DNA of 38,427 nucleotides from Candidatus Zixiibacteriota bacterium (GTDB lineage: Bacteria; Zixibacteria; MSB-5A5; GN15; FEB-12), in the NCBI GenBank assembly GCA_003641405.1, contig QNAF01000001.1, positions 1 to 38,427 on the forward strand, read 5' to 3'. The position numbers and the translations under genes are program-made. Under the pieces are notes generated by a model. It had not been told where the DNA came from and did not search any database. It saw nothing but the letters and a program-made list of their open reading frames with translations. Of this stretch, positions 8,421 through 17,318 are shown piece by piece (position 1 is the first letter of the stretch; every line of letters begins with the position of its first letter).

Positions 8421-10370
8421 TTATGCTGGAGCGACGGATGACTCAACTTCCGAGGATGTCTCAGGTATGTGCGACGGCTCCACCGGAATCCGAAATGTGA
8501 AGACCGCGCCGCCATCCGTTCGATAGGTGATATCCCCACCGTGATTTGCAACAATCTTTCGGCACGTAATCAAACCGATTCCGTGTCCCTTTCGCTTGGT
8601 GGTGAACCGGGTCTCAAACAGTGATTCTGCTTTGTCCGGCGGAACCCCGGCACCGTTGTCACGAATTTCTATCTCAGCATACCTGACACTGTCGATTTCT
8701 ATGGCCCGAGTCGTGACGCGAATGATCTTCTCACCCTCAATAGACTTGATAGCGTCACCTGCGTTGTACACCAGATTGACAATCAACTGCTGCATTTGCC
8801 CCTGGTCAAGCTGAATCAAGGGCAGATCCACAGACAGATCCACTGCAATATTGATCGCATTGAACTTGTTCTGCGGTTTGAGAAAAGCAATGATGTTCTC
8901 AACCGTTTGATTGAGGGATATGGTCTCCAGGCGAGTGTCCTCCTGGGGTCGATCCATGAGCCCATTGGCAAATCGGGCTATCCGGTCTACGGTGGTTTTC
9001 ATCAGATCTAGTTTCTTGTCCGCCTTGTCCTGATCGCCCTTTCGCAGAACAATGGGCAGCAATTCCAGATTTCCCATAAGGACGGCCAGATAGTTGTTGA
9101 TCTCGTGAGCGATTTCACCGGCCATCTCTCCACGACTGTAGTAGCGGTCAAGACGTATCATCATCTCCTGGAAATTCTTACTCTCAGAGATGTCTTTGAC
9201 AAACAGCAGTGTTCCGCTGGGTTGATCCTGATGAACAGCGATGGGACAAACGATCACGTATGCAGGAAAAGTCTCGCCATCAGTCCGCCGACAAACTACT
9301 TCCTGACCTTTCGCTGAAGACTCCTCACAGCCTTCCCTCAGCGACGGCAACCGATCGAACATGGAAGATACCGATGATCCTGTCACGTCTTCGGCTGAAC
9401 ATCCGAAGACATCCGAAGCCGCTTGATTGAATATCATGATGCTACCGTTACTCTCGGTGACCAGGATCGCAGACGGTGACTTGTCAATCAACATGGCCAG
9501 AAACATCTGAGTTTCCATCATCGACTGGTTGGACTTCTTTAGTTTGGCGTTGTATCGGTTCAACTGCTTCCGGCCTTCCCATAACCTCCTGGTCATGCTG
9601 TTGAATGCGGAAGCCAACCTGTTGAACTCTTTGTCCGCGTCAGCCGGGACGAGATAGTACAGTTCCCCTTCGGCCGTCTTTTCCAAACCCCTGATCAATC
9701 TGTCAAACGGCTGTCTGAACCGCTTGCTGAACAGATAGACGGTTAGCAGAGATATCAGCACAGAAAAGAGAAAGAGCAGGAAAATCACATACTGTAATTG
9801 TGAATTGGCCGCTTCGGATATCCTATTCTCCATATCTACCACGAGTATAGAAGGTGCCCGATCTCCAGCATCGCTGGCCTTGACAAAGTACCGCATGCGA
9901 TCAGACCCAGAACTCCTCATTGTCAGAAATCCTGATTCCTCCTGACCGACTAGTCGCAGAATCTGCGAATCCTCCTGCAATACCGCTGCTGCTTCGGAGC
10001 TCACACTTCCATTTCGCGCTCTGCTATATATGAGCTCTGGTTCCAAACGAGCCGAGTCTCCCGATCTAATCAGCCACACGCAACTAACCTGCGGTTCACT
10101 GGCCAATGAAGTTATCAGTTGAACTCTTTGTTCAGGGATCGAAACCGATGACTGGGAATCATCTGTTTCCATTAGTGAAACTATCTGCGCAGCCCGAAAC
10201 ACAGTTTGTAATACCCCTGAGTTTTTATGGTCAACTTGTTGGCTATCAGTTGGATTGAACAAAATCAATGCAAGAGCAGCAAAAATGAATATGACCTGTA
10301 AAACAATCAGGTTACTGAGACGTACAAATATGCCAGGTTTATGTGGTGCCATTCCAATTCTCCGATGCAA
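8421..10370 (-). CDS. sensor histidine kinase (TM, HAMP, PAS, HisKA, HATPase_c)
   Basis: 649 aa. HAMP-like segment after the second TM (FRQPFDRLIRGLEKTAEGELYY..FNRLASAFNSM). PAS-like IDKSPSAILVTESNGSIMIFNQAASDVFG. H-box GEIAHEINNYLAVL. G-boxes DNGAGVP and GHGIGL. Confidence 0.9.
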   Translation of the reverse strand: MHRRIGMAPHKPGIFVRLSNLIVLQVIFIFAALALILFNPTDSQQVDHKNSGVLQTVFRAAQIVSLMETDDSQSSVSIPEQRVQLITSLASEPQVSCVWLIRSGDSARLEPELIYSRARNGSVSSEAAAVLQEDSQILRLVGQEESGFLTMRSSGSDRMRYFVKASDAGDRAPSILVVDMENRISEAANSQLQYVIFLLFLFSVLISLLTVYLFSKRFRQPFDRLIRGLEKTAEGELYYLVPADADKEFNRLASAFNSMTRRLWEGRKQLNRYNAKLKKSNQSMMETQMFLAMLIDKSPSAILVTESNGSIMIFNQAASDVFGCSAEDVTGSSVSSMFDRLPSLREGCEESSAKGQEVVCRRTDGETFPAYVIVCPIAVHQDQPSGTLLFVKDISESKNFQEMMIRLDRYYSRGEMAGEIAHEINNYLAVLMGNLELLPIVLRKGDQDKADKKLDLMKTTVDRIARFANGLMDRPQEDTRLETISLNQTVENIIAFLKPQNKFNAINIAVDLSVDLPLIQLDQGQMQQLIVNLVYNAGDAIKSIEGEKIIRVTTRAIEIDSVRYAEIEIRDNGAGVPPDKAESLFETRFTTKRKGHGIGLITCRKIVANHGGDITYRTDGGAVFTFRIPVEPSHIPETSSEVESSVAPA

Positions 10371-10815
10371 TCCGCTGTATCGATTATCGGACGACCACGT
10401 TTAGATATGATCTGAGATTTTAAAAAGAATGAAAAGAAGTAGGGAGTGGCGGAGGGGGGATGCCCGACTCTAACGTCAGGTGGCTGGAGGTCCAGCACAC
10501 ACCACTCCCTAATCAGTTAGTGCAAGAACAGATAATCTCTTGCAGTATGAATAAAAAGCAACAACTGTGCCGAAGGACAGAGGCCGACGGGACCAAATTA
10601 CACTTATATAATAATACACTATTCCCCTTGTCTTGCAAGGGAAAAGACAATTCCAATCAATCACTTCGTAAATGCTGAGGATTCCACATGATGCAGAGAC
10701 GTACGAATATGTGCAACGGTATGCATAATGATTGTGTCTTGCTCGGGCATGCTGATGTAAGTGTAAAGACCATAAAGACTTCAGGTGCGGTGAAACAGGG
10801 AAGTATTCCCTGAGC

Positions 10816-10852
10816 AAAGAAAAAGGCCGGTGTAGCAGTAGCAACACCGGCC
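10816..10852 (-). terminator. rho-independent terminator of the 538-aa lipoprotein gene
   Basis: On the minus strand: ggccggtgt-tgctactgct-acaccggcc followed by TTTTTCTTT, about 20 nt after the stop at 10874. Confidence 0.65.
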
Positions 10853-10873
10853 CTGGAAAATTTCAAGTAAGCT

Positions 10874-12448
10874 CTACATTCTCTTCAGCTTGATTACCAT
10901 TCTCGGCAGTCCCTGATCTCCACTTGTAGCCGTTCGCATGTTCATGTGATAAGCGTCTCCAGGACTGTTAGCACCATCCCTAGTATAAGGAAAGCTTGCC
11001 CAAAATGGTATAAGAGGGAAATTAGTCGTGTCGGAAATCTTGTTGGCAGGTTCAAGACTTATAAACACACAGCCGTAAGTCCAGGGGTTGCCATATGGCA
11101 GCAAATCTACAGGGTGGCTCGGGTCAGCTATTATGCCTGCATCAAACATTGCCTGCCCTGCCAGGAAATCCTCTCCCGGTACCATGGGGCGCTTCGTAAG
11201 GGAGTCCAGTATCGGATTTGACGCTGTATCCAGCCAACTTCTTACTATGAACGGATCACTGTCGTCAGGATCGTCAATCCGACTGAATTTCCCAGTCGTG
11301 AGCAGACCACCGTCACTTCCGGGGAACCAGTCATATCCTGTGCTAGCGGTATCGTACCACGCCGGGGGCGTAAACTTGCCCAATGGTATGATGGTTGTAC
11401 CATCAATGTAATATGAAAGAATCCAACCCTGATATTTCCAGCCAAAACCGGAGTAATTCGGGAGTGCGAAGTCATCTTGAGTGAACAAGTCCAGATTCAC
11501 GTTGTGAGGATTGTATGCAGGGAAATTATTAATCGTCTCTATTGTGTCCGGCGGTACCGGGGGGATAGTCTCAGCAGAATCATACACAACCGTGTAGTGA
11601 TTATAAATGATAGGCCATACTGAGTCCTTGACCGAGTCTGAGTACAAAACATTCACGCGTTGGTGCATGAACGAGTCTACATCCAGACTAACCGTATCCC
11701 TTCCAAAGCCGATATGCAGAGTTTCAACTTCGACGAACAGTGCTTCCGGGTGCCATACGGAAAGCTCGATCTCGTTAATAGTATCGCCGGATTCGTTTGT
11801 GATTGGGAGTATCGTGTCCGGCACGCTCGATATGTAGGCATCGAATGTATCCGGAATGTCCTGCTGCAAGTACTGATAGCTAGAGAACCACAGGCCATGA
11901 AAATCGTTGGAAGCGCGGTTGTTATCGGTGACACATTCCATGTTGTAACGAGCAGTTGCACTATTCAACCCACCATCATTGTGCAGGAGAGGAAAATACA
12001 ACCTAAGTTCTTCGGGATTACCTGCAATCGAAGCTATCTGCATGATCGGACCGAGCCTGACTATGCTATCAATCTCTTCAGTCTCTATTGTAACGAATAT
12101 CGAGGCAAAGTCGTAAATATCACCATCGAGCGTAAACTGGCACGAATCAGTCCTCACGACTCCGTTTGAGTCCAGAAACTTCGCGATCGTATCATTTCTT
12201 ATGTATGAGAATCGCCCCATAGATACAAGCTTGTCAGAAACAATTGACGTATCCGTGACAGGATCACGCGATACCCACAGCTCATATTGCATTCCCGCTG
12301 GAAGATTCGGTAACTGATCGACATCCAGGTACAAATAGGTTACAGATGCCGGAGCGTTGATATCATCCGTCTGAGAGCAACCCCAAACAAGCGCCAACAG
12401 TCCGAAAACAGTACAAAAGAACAGCAGGCGGCTATCAGGTTTCCACAT
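10874..12448 (-). CDS. hypothetical lipoprotein (524 aa from preferred start)
   Basis: The ATG at 12448 is preceded by GAGGAGG at about 9 nt. Signal peptide with lipobox LALVWGC. No catalytic motif recognised. Two weak Y-x-x-W beta-sandwich-like motifs (QYELWVS, KYQGWIL). The ORF track extends it to 12490. Confidence 0.7.
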   Translation of the reverse strand: MWKPDSRLLFFCTVFGLLALVWGCSQTDDINAPASVTYLYLDVDQLPNLPAGMQYELWVSRDPVTDTSIVSDKLVSMGRFSYIRNDTIAKFLDSNGVVRTDSCQFTLDGDIYDFASIFVTIETEEIDSIVRLGPIMQIASIAGNPEELRLYFPLLHNDGGLNSATARYNMECVTDNNRASNDFHGLWFSSYQYLQQDIPDTFDAYISSVPDTILPITNESGDTINEIELSVWHPEALFVEVETLHIGFGRDTVSLDVDSFMHQRVNVLYSDSVKDSVWPIIYNHYTVVYDSAETIPPVPPDTIETINNFPAYNPHNVNLDLFTQDDFALPNYSGFGWKYQGWILSYYIDGTTIIPLGKFTPPAWYDTASTGYDWFPGSDGGLLTTGKFSRIDDPDDSDPFIVRSWLDTASNPILDSLTKRPMVPGEDFLAGQAMFDAGIIADPSHPVDLLPYGNPWTYGCVFISLEPANKISDTTNFPLIPFWASFPYTRDGANSPGDAYHMNMRTATSGDQGLPRMVIKLKRM

Positions 12449-12648
12449 CAATTTCTTCCTCCTCGGGAGCACCCGAAATACGTTGTCCAACTACGACAAA
12501 ACTTAGCACCAAGTATAAAGTGCAGGCCGAGCACCTGTCAAGCTCGATTTTGACCTGCAATTGACTTGCAACACAATCACTTGAAATGACGTCTCAAAGT
12601 GCTCGGGGTTTAAAGAATTCGGTGCTGCAGACGATAATACTTTAGTAA

Positions 12649-14895
12649 GTGAGGAACTGCCCAAGGAGAGGTGTATCGTTGAAGAAATCGCACAAGAACC
12701 CCAAAGACCGCGGTCGAAACGATCAGACAAACGATCAAACCGATAAGCTGTCAACAAATCCCTTTTCTGATTCAGCAGACAACGACCAGGATTTGGGTTT
12801 TGAGGCCACCGAAGCGACAGGCGGCGACATGGAACCGCTTGGAGAGCATGAAGATAGCGAAACAGACAATGATTTGGATATCCAAAACCCAAGTGATTTG
12901 GTGAATCAGGAATCTTCCGACTCTTATGATAGATCTCATCAAGCGAGTGAAGACAGTGAACTGATCGGTGAATCAGCACATCCTCAACAGCAGAAGACAG
13001 AGTCATCAGACGAATTCCAGAAGGAAATCATTGCCAATGCCGGATCGCAGGATGGCAAGGAATATCAAGACAACGCCGGACGCGGAGGCCTTGAAAAACT
13101 GTCCGATGACAGAGTCAATGAAATCACCAGCAAAATGAAGGGGACTGAGGAATCATCAGATTTCTTGACTGAGAGGGAGAAGCGAGAGTTGATGTCCAAG
13201 CTTGATTCAGTTGAGGACGATGGGGACGTCAAACAAAACTCACGCAAAGCGCTGAAAGGTCAGGGGTTCGGCAATTCCCCCATTGTGCCACCAAAGAAGG
13301 CAAAGCAATCTGACCCAACGGATGTCAGTAGCTCTCTTCTCGAACAGCCGGCTCTTGATGATGAACACCGTCCAAAGATGGCTAAGCGTGCACGTGGTAT
13401 TGCGTATTTCTACAGGAATTTTATTCAGATACTGGGCGAACAGGAACTGCATGATGACGACGACATCAGCGTAAATGGACGTCAGTACACACTCAAAAAA
13501 AAGCAGGCCAGCCCAAAGTTCCTCGCCGCAGTATTGGTACCGGTCGCGGCCATAGCCATGTTCATGATTGGGGCTTTCTTCAGCTCCGACGCAGACACAG
13601 GTCACGGAACAGTCGTTGGTTTTGCGCTGAATGAGGAATATCGCCCACTCATCACTGGCGCACAAATTCGCTTTCCTGAATCAGGCAAAGTATTTCAGAC
13701 AAATGGCCAGGGGTTTTTCAATTCGGGACCGATTGAGTCCGGTAGTCAGAAGATTGAGTATATCGTGGACGGAGAGACAATAACCACCGACTACGTCACC
13801 ATTGTAAGCGGCAAAGTGACTACCATTGCCCTTCGGCCGGACGATGAGTATCTCGCCGATCTGGAGCCAACTGAACCAATAACGACCCCTGCCGAAATAG
13901 TACAGACACCGGCTCCGCCTTCAAATGCATCTAGTATCAGCAAACCCGCCTCCTCTCAAACAAGCAAGAAAAAGTCATCTTCGAACAAAAAGTCAAAGAA
14001 GACCAAGACTACCGCCTCCAAGTGGGCACGGCTCAACCTGAACGCCGATGTAAGCGGTGCCAAGCTCACAATCGATGGGTCTGTCGTCGGGGCTGGAAAT
14101 GTTACTTACGGTAAGCTCAGGTCGGGCAAAAGATCTTACATTGTATCCAAAGACGGTTATCAACCATCCAAGGGTACTATCGAGCTACCGGCAGGAAAAA
14201 CGACCACGTTAAACGTCTCTCTGACCCCAGCCACAGCCGAACAGAAAGCGACTTCGTATGAAAATGATGACTACTTCTATTCCGGAGTGGACAATCTGGA
14301 ACAGGGCAGATTCGATGATGCTATAGCCGATTTCACTGAAGCTATTAATCTGCGCCCCAGTTATGCACAGGCCTATCTGCACCGCGCTCAGGGATACGAG
14401 TCTATCTTGCACAACCGCGATGCCCGCAACGACTACATACGTGCGGCTGAGATAATGCAGTTCAAGGGCAATGACAATGAAGCGATTTCGGCCTACAATC
14501 AGGCGATTGAGATCGACGCCAAATCCGTGGCCGCGTACCTTGGCAGGGGCAATCTGTACCTTGCTCGAAGCGAAGAAATCGCTGCTATCGCAGATTATGA
14601 CATGGTCGTGAATCTCGACAAGCGTAACCTCCAGGGACATATGGGACTCGGAAAGGCCCGCTTGAACCAGGGTTACCACAAGAAAGCTACCAAGCACTTC
14701 AAGAACGCCCGTTCAATTGACCAAAACAACCCACAGATCCACCAGTGGTTAATGCTGAGTTATCTGGGCGAAGGTAACACCAAACAGGTCAACAAAAGCT
14801 ACCAGAAATTCATCAAGTGCGCCTCAGAAGAAGAGATTGCGCGACTGCAGAACTCATCGAAGTTCTCAGCCGCGCTTCGTGTTATCAAGGACTGA
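12649..14895 (+). CDS. membrane-anchored PEGA / carboxypeptidase-regulatory-like / TPR repeat protein
   Basis: The acidic, disordered N-terminal ~290 aa are followed by one TM (FLAAVLVPVAAIAMFMIGAFF). Next come a CarboxypepD_reg-like beta-sandwich (GTVVGFALNE..ITGAQIRF), a Ser/Lys linker, and a PEGA-like domain (YIVSKDGYQPSKGTIELPAGKTTTLNVSL). The C-terminus carries about six TPR repeats. The true start is uncertain: the listed one is GTG, and several in-frame Met lie downstream. Confidence 0.8.
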   Translation: MRNCPRRGVSLKKSHKNPKDRGRNDQTNDQTDKLSTNPFSDSADNDQDLGFEATEATGGDMEPLGEHEDSETDNDLDIQNPSDLVNQESSDSYDRSHQASEDSELIGESAHPQQQKTESSDEFQKEIIANAGSQDGKEYQDNAGRGGLEKLSDDRVNEITSKMKGTEESSDFLTEREKRELMSKLDSVEDDGDVKQNSRKALKGQGFGNSPIVPPKKAKQSDPTDVSSSLLEQPALDDEHRPKMAKRARGIAYFYRNFIQILGEQELHDDDDISVNGRQYTLKKKQASPKFLAAVLVPVAAIAMFMIGAFFSSDADTGHGTVVGFALNEEYRPLITGAQIRFPESGKVFQTNGQGFFNSGPIESGSQKIEYIVDGETITTDYVTIVSGKVTTIALRPDDEYLADLEPTEPITTPAEIVQTPAPPSNASSISKPASSQTSKKKSSSNKKSKKTKTTASKWARLNLNADVSGAKLTIDGSVVGAGNVTYGKLRSGKRSYIVSKDGYQPSKGTIELPAGKTTTLNVSLTPATAEQKATSYENDDYFYSGVDNLEQGRFDDAIADFTEAINLRPSYAQAYLHRAQGYESILHNRDARNDYIRAAEIMQFKGNDNEAISAYNQAIEIDAKSVAAYLGRGNLYLARSEEIAAIADYDMVVNLDKRNLQGHMGLGKARLNQGYHKKATKHFKNARSIDQNNPQIHQWLMLSYLGEGNTKQVNKSYQKFIKCASEEEIARLQNSSKFSAALRVIKD

Positions 14896-14911
14896 GCCAA
14901 GAGATCAGGAA

Positions 14912-15205
14912 GTGGCAGAGCAGAAACTTAATTGCTGGGAATTCAAGAACTGCGGTCGCGAAAAGGGCGGCCTCATGGTGGATACTTTGGGAGAATGTCC
15001 GGTTGCCTCAGCCATGCATTGTGACGGTCTTAATGACGGCGTCGCAGCGGGCAGGGCTTGCTGGACAATCGTAGGACGACGTAACCGTCTTGAGTCCACA
15101 GGTGCGATCGCAGCCAATCCCTGTCACAATTGCGAGTTCTACCGTCGCGTCATTCACGAAGAGAAGAAAGAGGCTCGCTTTAAGTTCGAAACCTTAGTCA
15201 GCTGA
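14912..15205 (+). CDS. small Cys-rich 'two-CW' domain protein (about 97 aa; alternative TTG start at 14837)
   Basis: Sequence (V/M)AEQKLNCWEFKNCGREKGG..GECPVA..HCDG.NDGVAAGRACWTIVG...NPCHNCEFY has seven Cys and two C-W dipeptides. It matches my recollection of the N-terminal sensor-like module annotated as 'two-CW domain'. The GTG at 14912 gives the short lead-in typical of that family. The ORF track's start at 14837 is a TTG that overlaps the upstream gene. Confidence 0.7.
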   Translation: MAEQKLNCWEFKNCGREKGGLMVDTLGECPVASAMHCDGLNDGVAAGRACWTIVGRRNRLESTGAIAANPCHNCEFYRRVIHEEKKEARFKFETLVS

Positions 15206-15291
15206 TATATCCGCGTCCCGGATCACTTCAATTACCGTTGCTCTCTCCACATAATCACGGTATAATCTCAAGCAGTAATAACAACACGCAA

Positions 15292-17265
15292 ATGGCGAGG
15301 AAAAGACGTATGTTTCACACTCTATCCCGTTCTACAGCTATCCTCCTGCTAATCATTCTGGCGTTGGCTGCCAATACGCCGGGTCAGACAATGGAATCCG
15401 ACGTTACACTGCTGGATCAGGGAAAGTACATCCCGGATATCGCTACTTTCATGCAAATCGGTTACGCACAGCACCTGGGCTATTCCTGGGATGGTAAGGG
15501 CGTGTTTTTCAGAACGAAGATGTCCGGCATAACCCAGGCCTACCGTCTGACTGAGAACGCGTGGCCATATCAGTTGACTACATTCGAAGACGGTATCGAC
15601 TTCTTCGAACTCTCCTGGGGTGGAGATATGGCGATAGTTGGTGCCTCAGTCGGTGGTTCCGAGCTCTCCCAGCTATTTCTGGTGGATACAAAGACAGGCA
15701 GGAAATATCAACTGACCAATAACCCTGAAGCACGATACCGAGCCGTGATCTGGGCAAAAGATGACCGATCGATCATATATAACTCCTCTGAAGAGAATGG
15801 CCGCGACTTCCACATCTACAGAATGGACATCACCACTGGCGTAGCAACGAAGATCTTCGGTGACTCACTCAAACTGGAAGGATCAAAATACCCTGTCAAT
15901 CTGTCACAGGATGGGTCCAAACTGATTATCTCGCGCTGGAACTCGAACGTAGACGTAGAGATGTTCCTGCTGGACCTGAACACGTTGGAACACCAGAGAC
16001 TCACGGAAGATACGGCGAATGTCATGTATGATTTCCCCGTTCTGATGCCTGACAACAAGACAATCTGGCTGCTCTCCAATGCCAACGAGGACGGCACAAC
16101 AAGGCTGGCAAAGATGAAAGTCGGCTCACCGAAGATCGAGTTTCCAGAAGATGGTTGGATCGACCCGAAATGGGAAGTTGACAGCCTCGGTGTGTCAAGA
16201 GATTACAAGTACATGACCGCTGTTGTCAACGAAGATGGGTATTTTCGTCTCAAAATGCGGGAATTGGAGTCCAAAAAGGAACTCCCCTCTCCCCCATTAG
16301 ATGGCCAGCTTTGTGGTGGTGCATTTGACAAAAATGGCGCTTGTCTGATTTCATTCAGCGGACCAACGCGCGCCCAGGATGTGTGGCGCTGGAACCCGTA
16401 TACTGAAGAACTCCAACAACTAACCTTCTCTAACTATGCCGGAATCGATCGTACGCTGTTCTCACAACCAGGACTTATGAGCTACAAAAGCTTTGACGAT
16501 CTGGATATTCCGGCCTTCCTGTATCTCCCGCCTGACTACGAAGAAGGCAAACCGATTCCGTTCATTGTGCACGCCCACGGCGGACCGACAAGCCAGTTCA
16601 AACCCGGTTTCATTCGCAATATCCAGTACCTGATTCTGAACGGGTACGGTGTCCTAGCGCCGAATCCTCGAGGATCAAGCGGCTATGGTCGAGAGTACAA
16701 AGCACTGGATGACTACAAGCTGCGAAAGAACTCGCTGAAAGATTACAAGGCAGCGGTCGAGTGGTTAATAGAAACCGGTCATTCTGCACCGGGAATGATT
16801 GGTATCAGGGGTGGTTCATATGGCGGATACGTGGTTCTTGGCATGATTACGGAATACCCTGACCTTTTCTCAGCAGCCGTTGACGTGGTAGGCATAGCAA
16901 ACTACCAGACGTTCCTTGAAAACACCAAGGCCTACCGCCGTAAGAACCGTGAGGCAGAATACGGACCGTTGACAGACCCGGAGTTTCTGGCAGAGATTTC
17001 ACCGATACACAAAGCGCACCTTATTAAGACCCCGCTCCTGGTGGTGCATGGCGAAAACGATACCCGTGTTCCTGTCAGTGAGGCACGCCAGATACTCAAG
17101 GCAGTCACCGACAATGGCGGAATCGTGGACTCTCTGATATTCTCAAACGAGGGGCACGGTGTCGGCAAAACAGTGAATGTCATAGAAGAGTATCGTCGTC
17201 AAGTAGCCTTTTTTGACGAGCACCTAAAAAAAGCCCCAGAAGACTTGAACACCCCCGAAAACTAA
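15292..17265 (+). CDS. S9-family serine peptidase (beta-propeller + prolyl oligopeptidase/DPP-type alpha/beta hydrolase)
   Basis: Signal peptide MARKRRMFHTLSRSTAILLLIILALAA. N-terminal propeller-like region. Catalytic nucleophile motif GGSYGGY, with later VHGENDTRVP and EGHG (Asp/His contexts). Alternative starts at 15238 (TTG) and 15310 (ATG). Confidence 0.9.
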   Translation: MARKRRMFHTLSRSTAILLLIILALAANTPGQTMESDVTLLDQGKYIPDIATFMQIGYAQHLGYSWDGKGVFFRTKMSGITQAYRLTENAWPYQLTTFEDGIDFFELSWGGDMAIVGASVGGSELSQLFLVDTKTGRKYQLTNNPEARYRAVIWAKDDRSIIYNSSEENGRDFHIYRMDITTGVATKIFGDSLKLEGSKYPVNLSQDGSKLIISRWNSNVDVEMFLLDLNTLEHQRLTEDTANVMYDFPVLMPDNKTIWLLSNANEDGTTRLAKMKVGSPKIEFPEDGWIDPKWEVDSLGVSRDYKYMTAVVNEDGYFRLKMRELESKKELPSPPLDGQLCGGAFDKNGACLISFSGPTRAQDVWRWNPYTEELQQLTFSNYAGIDRTLFSQPGLMSYKSFDDLDIPAFLYLPPDYEEGKPIPFIVHAHGGPTSQFKPGFIRNIQYLILNGYGVLAPNPRGSSGYGREYKALDDYKLRKNSLKDYKAAVEWLIETGHSAPGMIGIRGGSYGGYVVLGMITEYPDLFSAAVDVVGIANYQTFLENTKAYRRKNREAEYGPLTDPEFLAEISPIHKAHLIKTPLLVVHGENDTRVPVSEARQILKAVTDNGGIVDSLIFSNEGHGVGKTVNVIEEYRRQVAFFDEHLKKAPEDLNTPEN

Positions 17266-17290
17266 CCGAAGAATTATTGAGAACAACCCA

Positions 17291-17318
17291 AGGGTGATTG
17301 GCAATAGCCAGTCACCCT
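17291..17318. terminator. hairpin between the convergent S9 peptidase and DegT genes
   Basis: agggtgattgg-caatag-ccagtcaccct forms an 11-bp stem with one G-T pair. It overlaps the DegT stop codon. There is no strong T-tract. Confidence 0.4.

Noticed and set aside
10441-10510. Tested the three-helix element as a tRNA (including Sec/Pyl-like forms, because of the long acceptor-like helix and a CTCTAAC loop) and as a small SRP (4.5S) RNA (because of GTCAGGT...AGCA).
   Set aside because: There is no T-arm (GTTCRANYC) or D-arm, and the putative anticodon loop is 6 nt rather than 7. The SRP domain IV consensus (GGUCC-GGAA-GGAAGCAGC with a GNRA loop) is absent. I kept it only as an unassigned structure.
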